Numbered from the stretch's first letter, positions 31,093 through 41,791 are shown. The stretch: DNA of 64,000 nucleotides from Candidatus Heimdallarchaeota archaeon (GCA_020353515.1 CP070695.1:1864041-1928040), one strand, 5' to 3'. The notes: generated from the letters alone by a model not told the origin. Translations and numbers: made by a program.

Positions 31093-31196
31093 TCTCTGTT
31101 CGTTTCCTTCTTGATGCTATTAGCTCAAAATAATGACAGGAACAATATTTCCACTCAGTGTCTTAAGCAGCGGAAAATCTGATACGTTTAGATTAC

Positions 31197-31226
31197 AAGA
31201 AAAAAGAGGAAAAAAGAAGAAAAAAG
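31197..31226 (-). terminator. Three 10-bp tandem units forming oligo-T terminator tracts on the minus strand
   Basis: AAGAAAAAAG AGGAAAAAAG AAGAAAAAAG, downstream of the 31257-32204 gene. Confidence 0.55.
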
Positions 31227-31256
31227 GGTTGTTTTTAACATGGGTAGTTAAAAACT

Positions 31257-32204
31257 TCATTTCTTTCGACGACGAGATATGAGAGCTGCTAAGATAACAA
31301 AGCTAGTGGTAACTATAGCAATCTCAAATCCAGGAGCAGCAGCTGGCCAATCTCCAGTCAAATCAGTGTCTAATGAGATTTCTAGCGTCTTTAATCCGTT
31401 TGTAAGGTCTGTGGCGTTATTTGCGATCACTGGGTATTTGATATAGGGGTAGGTGGAGTTTGGGGTTGTTTGTGGATGAGTTGAAGGATAATCAATAGTC
31501 TTAATGACTCCATGTTTTGCATCAATTGTAAGATCAAATGCCATATGTAATTGGTCTCCAGCATAACCCATGGGTTTTCCTGGTGGATCACCTGGCATTT
31601 CTGTTCCATTAGGCCACATTGCGGTTTGTACTGTGGTAATCCATGCGTTGACTTCATCACCATCTTCTGCATTTTCACCAATTACTTCTAATTCTGCTGT
31701 GTCTTTTTCCACATTGAGGTTCCAAACACTCTCAGACATTGAGGAGAGTGGTAATGGGTAGCTATTATGCCAGTATCCTTCCATGAGCTTTATCCCAGAC
31801 ACTACTCCGCCAGAATAATGCAGATACACTGGAAGAACAAGGCACATTAGTGCTTTGCTTTCGTTTTCATCAGCTTTTGTGTCTCCAACAGTAACTTCAA
31901 TGGAACTCCAATTATAGAAAGGTATTCCAGTAGACGGTGTATCTTTGGTGATTTCGATCAAGGTCTTGTTAAATTCTTTCCATTCAAACTTAATTTTTTC
32001 ACCCTCTGCAAGGGTCATTCCTAAGTAGGGCCATTCCCATGATGTAGTATCATTCTCATCTGCAAGGTTATCGATGGTCCACTCGAAAATCGCACCAGTC
32101 TCATTCGCTGGTCCCCAAGAGAGAGAAACATCTGCAGAAACTGTGCTAACACAAGAGAAGGCGATGGAAAGGAGAAGAATTGAAAATATATATCTTTTCT
32201 TCAT
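31257..32204 (-). CDS. Secreted surface protein with PGF-CTERM sorting signal
   Basis: Signal peptide MKKRY...VSA; C-terminus APGFE + TM + RRRKK; several sequons. Confidence 0.88.
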   Translation of the reverse strand: MKKRYIFSILLLSIAFSCVSTVSADVSLSWGPANETGAIFEWTIDNLADENDTTSWEWPYLGMTLAEGEKIKFEWKEFNKTLIEITKDTPSTGIPFYNWSSIEVTVGDTKADENESKALMCLVLPVYLHYSGGVVSGIKLMEGYWHNSYPLPLSSMSESVWNLNVEKDTAELEVIGENAEDGDEVNAWITTVQTAMWPNGTEMPGDPPGKPMGYAGDQLHMAFDLTIDAKHGVIKTIDYPSTHPQTTPNSTYPYIKYPVIANNATDLTNGLKTLEISLDTDLTGDWPAAAPGFEIAIVTTSFVILAALISRRRKK

Positions 32205-32552
32205 TTTTCTTTATTCTCCAATATATTTTATTACGATAAAGGATCAATTGTTTGATTATAAGTATAATTTCTTATTAGATCCTCAACTAGATTTTTAGTT
32301 TTGGTTTTTCTTTTAACCTTTCCTCTTGCTGAATAACTCCCGTAAATAGTTTTTTTGATTTTCTCTTGAATTGACATGAAACTTCTATAAAGAGGATTTG
32401 CTTAAAATCCAATGAGAGAGAATTATCTTTCACGAATATCTACAATAATCCATAACTAGAATAAACAACATTTAAAAGAGATTTAGTCACAAAATATTTC
32501 GTTAGAAGAGACTAATACTAGTATGAATATGGAGCCATAGATAGCTCTAAAC

Positions 32553-32590
32553 TAAAAAAGAAAAAAGAGGAGGGAAAGAAAAAGAAATCT
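32553..32590 (-). terminator. Pyrimidine/oligo-T terminator
   Basis: Minus strand reads TTTCTTTTTCTTTCCCTCCTCTTTTTTCTTTTTT after the stop of the substrate-binding protein gene. Confidence 0.5.
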
Positions 32591-32606
32591 TTTTCTTGTG
32601 TCTATC

Positions 32607-34742
32607 CTAGCGTTTTTGTTTACGAAGATAGGCTGCTACACCAACACACGCTATTAAACCAATGACGATTTCAAAACCTGGGGTTGCTCCTTCTCTTGCA
32701 AGAGCATCTCGGAAGGGTTGTACTTCGTATCCTTCAGTTTCAAACCAATCAAGGGCTAACTCTAGATCGTACGAGTCATAGTGAGTAGTTGCATCTGCTT
32801 CAGGTTTAGATCCATCAGTAGCTGTAATTGTCTTCTTAAACTCTAAGAGATCTGCTGGAGAACATGCGCCCCAATTTGTGATTGGTACAGCGGTATAACC
32901 AGGGACACCTTGACCAGCGAGTAAATATTCGACAATATCTTCACGGGGAATTGCATGAGAAATTCCGTGACGAACTCCTTTCTTCTTTAAGTGATGAACA
33001 CCGTCAGCATCTTCATACTTAGGATTGAAATACAGACATTGCCAACCAGATTCAGTACTAAGGATTGCCGTGATCTTTGCGTGGTCTTGAAGCTCTGCAA
33101 GAATAGGCGCCATAGTGAATTGTGGATCGATTAAGTTCACACTGCCTTCTTTACAGTCAGCCACAATACTGTTCATATCACCTTCAACCATGGTGTATTC
33201 GTCAGGCATATCATCTAACAATCCATCTGCAGCGAGGTAGTGTTGTAGATTTGCATCGTCAACCCATTCTCCTGTTGCATCGTCCCACCTGATTCCATCG
33301 AATTTCTTTAATGTTACGACCTTACTTGTCGGATCACGATTATAGAAGACCAATGATCCACAACCAATAGGCCCTTTATAGCCACCTTCATCAGCTGAGT
33401 TTCCGGTGTTCATTGAGTGTGTGACCCAATTGGCAGGTTGAACTTGCCACAGACTCACATCGAAATCACCTGCAGCATCGAAACCGTGAGTATCTGGGTC
33501 TCCCAAGATATGTTCAGGTTTAGCAGATGTCCCTAGATCGGCAAGGACGAATGGAGCGTAGATTTGGTTGAAATTAAATTCTATTGTCTCATAGAAATCA
33601 TCGTCATCTTCATCTGTCACGGTGAAAGAGTAATTACCATGTTTATTTGCTTTATCATCAGTACCAAATTCTGTTTTAAGAGTTGAGTATGATGAAGATC
33701 CTGCATCTGGTTGAAGTTCTGCTTGGAAGCCAAACGCAATATCCCAGCCATCAAGTAGATGACCATCATGCCAATAGACATCATCTCTGATTTCGATAGT
33801 ATATTGGAGGCCGTCTGTTGAATAAGTTCCCATCGCGGTAGCAATTCGGGGATAACGCTCAAGATATCCACTTGTCCCATAAATGTCGTGGTAATGCTCC
33901 TGCATCCATTCTTCACGATCAACATCGGTAGGAATAATCATTTCACTGGATGGGGTGTTACCGACGAGAGCATCTTGAATGGGACCAGCAACATATTGAT
34001 CGTAAACAGATTTCCCAAGGAAGTCGTAAAATCGTGTACCAGAATCAGAGGATCCAAGAACTACTTTCCCAGCGGTACCAACGTAATCATCTGTAAACCA
34101 ATGATCCTCAGCAGAGGTCATTGGGTAACCAGTAGGATCATATCCATAGAGTCCTGTCGAAACAGCATGTACTTCAGATTGTACGATGACGTAAGTTTGA
34201 GGCATGGCATCATAATGGACTTTCTGCCATTCAACGAGCTGTTTTTTGGCTTCACCGAGATCTAACTCTTTATTAAGAGCATCGATCAGATCAGAGCCTT
34301 CACTTGCTAGATAATCGTTATAATCTTTGCTTCGATTGCTCCACATCGCTACGTTGTATCCAAACGGAGGAACTGCGTCTACGTGGTATATTGCAAGCAT
34401 ACTATTCCCAGGATGACTCGCTGGGGTTCCTACGGACATACCCATGCAGCATATATCATATCCGCCTTCCAAATAGGTTCCAGCCTCATCATAATAACAC
34501 CGAGGCCCCATAGCGGACCATGCAACAAGGTCTAACTCTACATCCACTCCAATTTTAGCAAATTCGGTTTCTAGTAACTGAGCGTATTGCATCCTAACTG
34601 GGTTATTAGTAGGAGCAAGTAGGTGACAACTGAAGAAAGGTTCTAACTCATCTTGAGCTGTAACCATAATTGCTATGTTCCCTAGAAGTGCGAAAGCAAA
34701 AATTAGAGTAAGTATCTTAAAAAGTGTTTTTTTGCTTTTCAT
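32607..34742 (-). CDS. oppA: Peptide ABC transporter substrate-binding protein (family 5), circularly permuted, with PGF-CTERM
   Basis: STDGLQYTIEIRDDVYWHDG, PIGCG, VRHGISHAIPRE and YDLELALDWF motifs; signal peptide; TPGFE + TM + RKQKR. Confidence 0.88.
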   Translation of the reverse strand: MKSKKTLFKILTLIFAFALLGNIAIMVTAQDELEPFFSCHLLAPTNNPVRMQYAQLLETEFAKIGVDVELDLVAWSAMGPRCYYDEAGTYLEGGYDICCMGMSVGTPASHPGNSMLAIYHVDAVPPFGYNVAMWSNRSKDYNDYLASEGSDLIDALNKELDLGEAKKQLVEWQKVHYDAMPQTYVIVQSEVHAVSTGLYGYDPTGYPMTSAEDHWFTDDYVGTAGKVVLGSSDSGTRFYDFLGKSVYDQYVAGPIQDALVGNTPSSEMIIPTDVDREEWMQEHYHDIYGTSGYLERYPRIATAMGTYSTDGLQYTIEIRDDVYWHDGHLLDGWDIAFGFQAELQPDAGSSSYSTLKTEFGTDDKANKHGNYSFTVTDEDDDDFYETIEFNFNQIYAPFVLADLGTSAKPEHILGDPDTHGFDAAGDFDVSLWQVQPANWVTHSMNTGNSADEGGYKGPIGCGSLVFYNRDPTSKVVTLKKFDGIRWDDATGEWVDDANLQHYLAADGLLDDMPDEYTMVEGDMNSIVADCKEGSVNLIDPQFTMAPILAELQDHAKITAILSTESGWQCLYFNPKYEDADGVHHLKKKGVRHGISHAIPREDIVEYLLAGQGVPGYTAVPITNWGACSPADLLEFKKTITATDGSKPEADATTHYDSYDLELALDWFETEGYEVQPFRDALAREGATPGFEIVIGLIACVGVAAYLRKQKR

Positions 34743-35153
34743 AATGATTCCTTCAAAATGAAACGAGTTGTAATAGGAAACGTTAACCTCATAACCGAGG
34801 TATTCTCGTATATCCTACATGTTCTGTGAATTATGTTTACTAATTTTTAAATCTTTTGAGGAATGCACCTTTAATTCTTCATTTAACGCCTAAGAATAAG
34901 GAGAAGAAATGAAAAAAACAATTATTTTGGCTTTGTTTAGTAATTAATTATTTTTAATCTTCTCTTTAGCTCTTTAATTTAATAAAAGTTAAGATTTCAG
35001 CTTTAACTTTTTCATATAAGCTTAATAACTCTATAGAAAAGGTTTAATCCTACCCTGTGATCTTTTTTGAAGCATTTTTTATCCTTCTATTTTTGCATTA
35101 ACCTAAAGAATCATTAATTAAAATTTAGCATGTTGAAATATCATCTTTAGTCT

Positions 35154-38105
35154 TTGGGATGGCTTTTTGTGGAAAAACAGCCAAAAAAAAACAACCACTC
35201 CAGCAACATGAGGCCAAAAAAAAAGTTTACCCCTAAACCAAGACTTCTCAATGGTTTTATTCCAAAATATGTGATTAAGACTATTTTACATAATTTAAAA
35301 CGTTCCTCAACAATTGTTATTGCCATTATCATATCAGTTTCTTTAACTACAGCGTTAATAATGTGGATTGAAACCTACCCGAGATTAGCAATCAATTCAG
35401 CCATGAAAGAACGATCGTTTGAAATTAGGGTTCAAAATCTCGTCTATGGTCTCCACCCAAATGACAGATTAGAAGAGGTTCAGGGGTATCTAGAAGATTC
35501 GGAACCACTTGTCGAAACTTCGTATCTTGTTCAACCAACAATATTTCTCTTTAACTTAAATGATCAGGATGAAAATTTTACTGTTTATGAACCCCCAGTA
35601 AATCAATCTAGCTTCTATGTTTCTGAAATCCTTGGCCAAGCCGCATATTTAATCGAAGAAGAATATATTTCTCATATTTCACCTCAATTAATCCTTTCAT
35701 CTCCCCAAGATAATCTTACTCTAACCAATGGTGTTGTTATTTCGAAAAGAATGTTGCATCAAATAGAACTGGCCACAAATCAAACTTATAAAGCTGGAGA
35801 CAAAATCGATTTTGCAGTGGCTACGAGAGTAATGGATCCAGAGAGCGGAGAGTTTTCAGTCAGATTTTTTAACCCAATTAAGTTTTACAATGTTACAATT
35901 AATGCAATTTTTGATCGTAAAGTCCAAAGAAATCTTTTGTATCCCTATTTCTTTCCAGAAAGTCTGGGAGATGGGATATTTATTTCCCGGAACCTTTTCA
36001 ACAGGACCTCTATCAAGAATATGGAATATCGGGTCATAGGTCCGAGACTCTATGTACGGCTTAGTCGTGAGGCAATTGCTAGTATGTCAATATTTTCAGT
36101 AACACAAGAAATTGAGGCATTGGCTTTTCGTATTTCCATTACTAATACGATAATTATAGCCGAGGTTTTCCTTGATGAAATAAATCAAATTTTAACAAAT
36201 TACGAGAACTCCCAGGTATTAGTTTTCTTCATCTTTGTTCCATTAATTATTGTAGCCTCTGTTTTTTTTGTAACAACTACTTCTCATTTCTTAGAAAAAA
36301 GGGAAAGTGAAATTGAGTTGTTGAGGTTAAAAGGTTCTCCTTTTAAACTCATCCTAGCTTTGTTTATTATAGAATTTATTATTCTCTCCATAATTGGTAC
36401 TTCAATTGGTATTATCGTTGGTCTCATCATTACTTTAATCATTTCATCAACAGAAAATTTTCTTGTTGTTAATCCTCAAAATTTTCCCACAGATTTCATA
36501 AATATTGCGTTCTTATCATGGCCCACGTGGGTTTTCAGTGCACTGTTCATAGGATTTACGTATATTCTTATCGCTATCCAAAAAACGAGAAAAGTATTAA
36601 TTGACCTCCAGGAGCAACAGCCTAAAAAAGAAAATTTTAATATCTCAAAACAGCTAACACAAAGGAATTTCGACTTAATTGTACTTGTACTTATTGTATT
36701 CATATTTTTACTAATTCTTCAATCAGATATTATCAATCGATTGACTCTCGACCCCCAGTTAATGGGATTTTACCTAGCTGGTGCTACCATTATCTGGTTT
36801 CTATTATGTAGACGTCTTACAAGTTTTAGTGGTGAATCTTTACCCCGAATATCTAAAATTACCCATTATCTATTTAAATCAAAGAGTAAAGTTATAACAA
36901 TGAATCTTGTCAGAAAAAGACCTCAAGTGCTAAACATCATTACCCTAGTAGTACTGACTGTCTCGTTAGGCATATTCTCAACTTATTATGCTCAAACCAT
37001 CGATTATAACACTCAAAAGAATTTAAATTATCTCGTTGGATCAGATTTCAAGGTTTTCACTGAAGAGACTTCCTTAAATTATTCTTTAGAACTAGAAAAA
37101 ATTGAGGGAGTATCAGCAGTATCAGCAATTAGTCAAACATCAAACCCCCAAGTCAGTGTCGGCAGTTATTCAGTTACTCTTGCTGCAATAGACCCTAAGA
37201 ACTATTTATCAGCATGTAGTTTTTCTAAGGAGTCTATAATTGCTGGTGGTTCTGCGGAGGATATTTTAAGCGAGTTGGAGATAAACAATGCTAGTGGTAT
37301 GATTATTAACGATTTTCTTGCTTCTACATTGAAATTAAACATTGGTGACCCACTGAATGTGAGCGGTCTATTTGGGTCTCACAGTTCAGTTTGGAATTTC
37401 ACAGTAGCTGGAATCATGAACTCTGCTCCTGGAATAGGAAAATTACATTCAGAAGCCTATACAATTCGAGGCTTTACTAAGTTTGGAGGTATTGTCCTAG
37501 TCAATCAGGATCTAATGAAGTCTTTTAGGGTCACAACTACTAGAATATTCCTGGTCAAAGTAGATAATCCCTCCGCGGAAACCCTCAACTCCATAACGAG
37601 CAGTTTAAACAAACAACCACAGGTAATTCAGGTTATAAATCAACAACATAGCAGTGAATTATTCTTTAACTTCATGAAAATTACTGGAGTCGCTGGTATT
37701 CTCACAGTAAACTTTCTAATGTCTTTATTTATTGCAATCATTGGGATTAGCCTGTTTTATAATTTTATTATCTCTAAAAGGCTGAAAGAATATGCGATTT
37801 TAAGAGCGTGTGGAGGGACTAAGAGGCAAGTGCTTTGGATATCCTTTGCAGAAGCACTTATAATCATTTTCTTTGGAATCACTCTTGGTTTCATCATTGG
37901 TTCGGGGTTTACAATCGGTTTTATGGTAGCCTCACGTAGTTATGTCCTTTCAACAGAAAATGTTTTTCGATTAGAATTTACTGCGTCACCACTCTTGATT
38001 GGATTAATTTTAGTATTAGAATTTTGTATCCTATTCTTAGCTTCGAGCTTGGCTGCTAATAAAGTTCAAAATGTTAATGTTTCCAATCTCCTTCGTAATT
38101 TGTGA
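35154..38105 (+). CDS. FtsX-like ABC transporter permease (large, two repeats)
   Basis: KRESEIELLRLKG and KRLKEYAILRACG motifs with two ectodomains. The start is uncertain (35169 or 35208 are possible). Confidence 0.9.
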   Translation: MGWLFVEKQPKKNNHSSNMRPKKKFTPKPRLLNGFIPKYVIKTILHNLKRSSTIVIAIIISVSLTTALIMWIETYPRLAINSAMKERSFEIRVQNLVYGLHPNDRLEEVQGYLEDSEPLVETSYLVQPTIFLFNLNDQDENFTVYEPPVNQSSFYVSEILGQAAYLIEEEYISHISPQLILSSPQDNLTLTNGVVISKRMLHQIELATNQTYKAGDKIDFAVATRVMDPESGEFSVRFFNPIKFYNVTINAIFDRKVQRNLLYPYFFPESLGDGIFISRNLFNRTSIKNMEYRVIGPRLYVRLSREAIASMSIFSVTQEIEALAFRISITNTIIIAEVFLDEINQILTNYENSQVLVFFIFVPLIIVASVFFVTTTSHFLEKRESEIELLRLKGSPFKLILALFIIEFIILSIIGTSIGIIVGLIITLIISSTENFLVVNPQNFPTDFINIAFLSWPTWVFSALFIGFTYILIAIQKTRKVLIDLQEQQPKKENFNISKQLTQRNFDLIVLVLIVFIFLLILQSDIINRLTLDPQLMGFYLAGATIIWFLLCRRLTSFSGESLPRISKITHYLFKSKSKVITMNLVRKRPQVLNIITLVVLTVSLGIFSTYYAQTIDYNTQKNLNYLVGSDFKVFTEETSLNYSLELEKIEGVSAVSAISQTSNPQVSVGSYSVTLAAIDPKNYLSACSFSKESIIAGGSAEDILSELEINNASGMIINDFLASTLKLNIGDPLNVSGLFGSHSSVWNFTVAGIMNSAPGIGKLHSEAYTIRGFTKFGGIVLVNQDLMKSFRVTTTRIFLVKVDNPSAETLNSITSSLNKQPQVIQVINQQHSSELFFNFMKITGVAGILTVNFLMSLFIAIIGISLFYNFIISKRLKEYAILRACGGTKRQVLWISFAEALIIIFFGITLGFIIGSGFTIGFMVASRSYVLSTENVFRLEFTASPLLIGLILVLEFCILFLASSLAANKVQNVNVSNLLRNL

Positions 38106-38115
38106 TTAATTCAGC

Positions 38116-39165
38116 TTATGTAGACCAACGACCAGCTTTTCGTAATAAACTTCCACAATTAGAGCATAAAATGCTTTTTCCAATATTTACGGTTTTACAT
38201 ATCGTGCATACTACTTCTTCTTGATGATTTCGTTGAAATATAATACTTTTCCTTGAAAGAGATGTTACTATTGGTTCAAGTACTATTTTCCCTTCTTTTA
38301 GAATAGCTTTAAACTGGCTTGTATTTGCATCCAGTCCCTTTACAAGTTCTCGGGGTAGTAGTATGCGCCCTTGGTCATCAGGAATGATAATTCGACTACT
38401 ATCAAGATTGTCAAGTTCAATCTCTTCATGTTGGCCTGCTTTAATTCCATCCCGAATTTCTATTACGCGATGAGCATGAGGAACTACCTGTTGCGAGTGA
38501 GTTACTATTAAGAACGCCGTTCCAAGGTTTTCATTTATTTCGTGAATCAACTCAAGTAATTCTTCCCCATTTTTATAATCGAGAGAACCCGTTGGTTCAT
38601 CTGCTAGGATTATCTTTGGATCATTAATTAATGCTGCAGCCAAGGCTACCCGCTGTTTTTCTCCCATTGATAGAACCATTGGCCTGCTATTTCGACGAGA
38701 TTTAAGACCAACTCGTTCTAGGAGCTCCAATGCCTTTTTCTTTAGTTCTGAACTACTCCGACTACCAATTCGTCCTTGTAACATTACATTTTCGATAACT
38801 GACAATTGTGGTAGTAGATTAGATTCTGAAATCTGGCAAATAATTCCAACGAATTGATTTCGAATTTGTGTGATTAAATTATCAGATAAACGAGAAATAT
38901 CAGCTCCAACTGCTGACCAGTACACAATTCCTGCAGTTGGTTTGATCAATCCAGCCATTATATTAACTAATGTAGTTTTTCCACTTCCAGATGGGCCAAT
39001 GACACCCATAATTTCTCCTTCAAATAAGGAGAGACTGACACCGCGTAATGCTACTGTTTCGATTTCCGATGTTCGATAAATTTTGTAAACATTTGCCAAT
39101 CCCACAAGTAAATCTTCAGGAAGGTCAGAGTCATCGCTATTATCCATATTTTGACTATTAATCAT
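38116..39165 (-). CDS. LolD-type ABC ATPase with C-terminal AbrB-like domain and zinc ribbon
   Basis: [16 protein letters not shown] and DEPTGSLD, followed by PDDQGRILLP and CTIC...CSNC. Confidence 0.9.
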   Translation of the reverse strand: MINSQNMDNSDDSDLPEDLLVGLANVYKIYRTSEIETVALRGVSLSLFEGEIMGVIGPSGSGKTTLVNIMAGLIKPTAGIVYWSAVGADISRLSDNLITQIRNQFVGIICQISESNLLPQLSVIENVMLQGRIGSRSSSELKKKALELLERVGLKSRRNSRPMVLSMGEKQRVALAAALINDPKIILADEPTGSLDYKNGEELLELIHEINENLGTAFLIVTHSQQVVPHAHRVIEIRDGIKAGQHEEIELDNLDSSRIIIPDDQGRILLPRELVKGLDANTSQFKAILKEGKIVLEPIVTSLSRKSIIFQRNHQEEVVCTICKTVNIGKSILCSNCGSLLRKAGRWST

Positions 39166-39342
39166 GGCTGAACATCACATAGAAAGCTATTTTTCTTTTT
39201 TTTAAGGATTTACTTCGTTCTAGTGTTTGGATCATTTCTGTGATGTAATTGAACTCTAAGGTTAAAAATAAATTGATTCTTGCATATAATCATAATACAC
39301 GTCTAAACAATCACGAATTGTAAATACAATGGAGAGAAAACC

Positions 39343-40032
39343 TTGGTAAACCCAGTTTTAGTAGTTAAGGGGTTAAAAAAAGAGTTTTACGAGGGTACAA
39401 GTACCTTAAAGATCTTTGATAGTGTGGATTTCAAACTATACCCTAATGAAATGGTCGCAATTATGGGAGCTTCTGGATCAGGTAAAACTACTTTGTTAAA
39501 CATAATCACTGGGTTGGAGCAAGCGACAGACGGGGATGTTCTTATTGAGGACAACAATATTGCTGAAGTATCTGATGAGATTGCCTCCAAAATTCGACGA
39601 GAACGTTTAGGATTAGTTTTTCAAGATTTTAACTTACTCCCACATCTGACTGCAGAAGAGAACGTGGAAATTCCTTTAATCTTTGCAGATATTCCAGAAG
39701 AAGAACGAAAAAGACTTGCGTTAAAAGCCATCCAACAAACCGACATGACTGAAAAAGCAAATTCCTATCCAAATCAGCTTTCAGGAGGAGAGAAGCAACG
39801 CATTGCCATTTCACGAGCTATTGTTAACAAACCTTCCATTTTGTTAGTTGATGAACCAACCGGAAATTTAGATTCACAAACAGGAAAAGATATTATATCA
39901 CTTTTCCGAAATATCGCAGATCAAGAAGGAACATACGCAATTCTAATGACTACTCATGACCCTGAAGCAGCTCAAAAGGCTGATAAAATATTTTTACTTC
40001 AAAACGGAAAATTATCTACAATGGATAGATGA
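39343..40032 (+). CDS. LolD-type ABC transporter ATP-binding protein
   Basis: GASGSGKT, LSGGEKQR, DEPTGNLD and TTHD motifs. Confidence 0.95.
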   Translation: MVNPVLVVKGLKKEFYEGTSTLKIFDSVDFKLYPNEMVAIMGASGSGKTTLLNIITGLEQATDGDVLIEDNNIAEVSDEIASKIRRERLGLVFQDFNLLPHLTAEENVEIPLIFADIPEEERKRLALKAIQQTDMTEKANSYPNQLSGGEKQRIAISRAIVNKPSILLVDEPTGNLDSQTGKDIISLFRNIADQEGTYAILMTTHDPEAAQKADKIFLLQNGKLSTMDR

Positions 40033-40047
40033 AGAAAACTTACTTGA

Positions 40048-40761
40048 TTATTTATGACCTACAAGCTTATTTCTGTGGCAAAAGGGGCATCCGCCTTCTT
40101 TACTAAAACATGAACGACAAATAGTTTTTTTACAACTTGCAAAACCACAGTACAATCCTGTACGAGTTCCACATATCTCGCAACGCGGGGTACGAAGTTT
40201 TTGGATCCTTTGATATAGTATAGTGTGCAGTTCAGTATAATAAACAAGAAAAATGAGGATTCCGATCAAAATCAATGAACCAATGGCAATTGGATGTGTG
40301 GGGGTTAATTCGAAGATAGGATCATATTGCGCATCTTGAAGCATTTCTAAAAATTCTACGTCGTATGTAACGTCTGCTCCGTACAGAGTATTATCTGGAC
40401 GAGTAATATTTAGGTCTTTATAATTTATTTTGAAAATTCGTGTTTCTCCCACCCTCATGCCTATTACTCTTTTTCTAAATATCTCTGACATTGTTTTTAC
40501 TCTATTAAACGTCTCATTTATATCTGGTGGCACAGTTGTCCCAAGATAGAGCTCTAAAAATCCATCAGAGAAAAACATATCAGTCCCCCCAGGTCTTCTA
40601 TAGGTAATCTTAACTTTCATCTTTACAACATCCCCCCAATCAATTACAACATAATCAGCAGTTGAGGGAGTCACGAAATTTGGTAATATTATAAATCCTA
40701 TAATTAAAATCAATAAAAAACGTTTAACTAATTTAGGATGTTCTTTTTTAGATTTTAGCAT
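40048..40761 (-). CDS. Membrane protein: signal peptide + FKBP-like domain + TM + 8-Cys RING-like finger
   Basis: GDVVKMKV...LYLG...IGMRVGETRIF...LYGADVTYDVEF resembles FKBP/trigger factor. The tail is Cx2C-x7-C-x4-C-x4-Cx2C-x6-CPFC. Confidence 0.8.
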   Translation of the reverse strand: MLKSKKEHPKLVKRFLLILIIGFIILPNFVTPSTADYVVIDWGDVVKMKVKITYRRPGGTDMFFSDGFLELYLGTTVPPDINETFNRVKTMSEIFRKRVIGMRVGETRIFKINYKDLNITRPDNTLYGADVTYDVEFLEMLQDAQYDPIFELTPTHPIAIGSLILIGILIFLVYYTELHTILYQRIQKLRTPRCEICGTRTGLYCGFASCKKTICRSCFSKEGGCPFCHRNKLVGHK

Positions 40762-40847
40762 TTTCTCTTCTTGTCATTTAATATTTACTATTCTTTCTCT
40801 GGAAGTATAGAAGACTAAACTAAAAAATACTACAAAATATTTGTTCA

Positions 40848-41597
40848 TCATAGTTTTGGTAAATCGTAAGCTGCTAATGTTTGATTTACCCATTCAGTAA
40901 ATGTTAACTCTTTGTTTAGTATTCTTGTTACCTGGATCTGATATTCTTTTGCTGCAGCTTCAGTAGGAATTATAATGAATTCACACAGCCGATTATTTTC
41001 TACCCTTTGCATTCTTAACATTGGTTTTTCTAATTTTGAAGTAGAATCAGCACATGCTAGTTCTAATGTTAATAGATGTAAGAAGTCGTGGGCAGTTATA
41101 TCAGAGAAAGAATATATGTCCATATCATCCGTGGGAAGAAGATTAAGGAGAAGACGACTCCAATCAAATATCCAAGCCTCCTCGGTGAACCAATGAGGTA
41201 AGAATTCCTTCCGGCTAACTCTAATTTCAGATAAGACAATGAGGTACCTAATCATGCATTCTCTCACACGATTCATCAGCTCAAGGCCTAGTTTGTCATA
41301 CAGGAAATTGAATTTAGAACGCTGTTTTCCTAGTAATATCATGAGTTGAATTAGCTCTTCTAGTTCTTTTTCACTTGGGATTGGTATAAACTGAGATATT
41401 TTTTCCAACCAGTTAATGGTTTCCTTAATTTGAGAATCAGACCTTTCATTCTTAGAAAGCGCCAGAAGTGCACGTTTTACATTATTTTCGTTAATTGTCT
41501 TTAGTTTTTCTTCCTCTTTAGGAAAACGACTCCTCATTTTTACGATATCACGAATTTGTGACTGGTTAAGCCCAATGAATTCCATTGATTTATTCAC
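40848..41597 (-). CDS. Hypothetical helical protein
   Basis: 249-aa ORF that fills the gap; no motif recognised. Confidence 0.75.
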   Translation of the reverse strand: MNKSMEFIGLNQSQIRDIVKMRSRFPKEEEKLKTINENNVKRALLALSKNERSDSQIKETINWLEKISQFIPIPSEKELEELIQLMILLGKQRSKFNFLYDKLGLELMNRVRECMIRYLIVLSEIRVSRKEFLPHWFTEEAWIFDWSRLLLNLLPTDDMDIYSFSDITAHDFLHLLTLELACADSTSKLEKPMLRMQRVENNRLCEFIIIPTEAAAKEYQIQVTRILNKELTFTEWVNQTLAAYDLPKL

Positions 41598-41791
41598 CCT
41601 TAATTATCCTAGTAAATGAGATGTGGTCCTTTACTCACTCAAAATACTTTGTCATTAATAAATAAATTCTTTGGTGAAAAAGAGAGTGGTATATATAAAG
41701 AGGGTGATTTAGGCAGGATCTCGAAAATAGTTAAGCCCTGTCCAAGAATGAAAGATCTAATTTCCTATTAAATCAGAGTGCAAAACGCATT

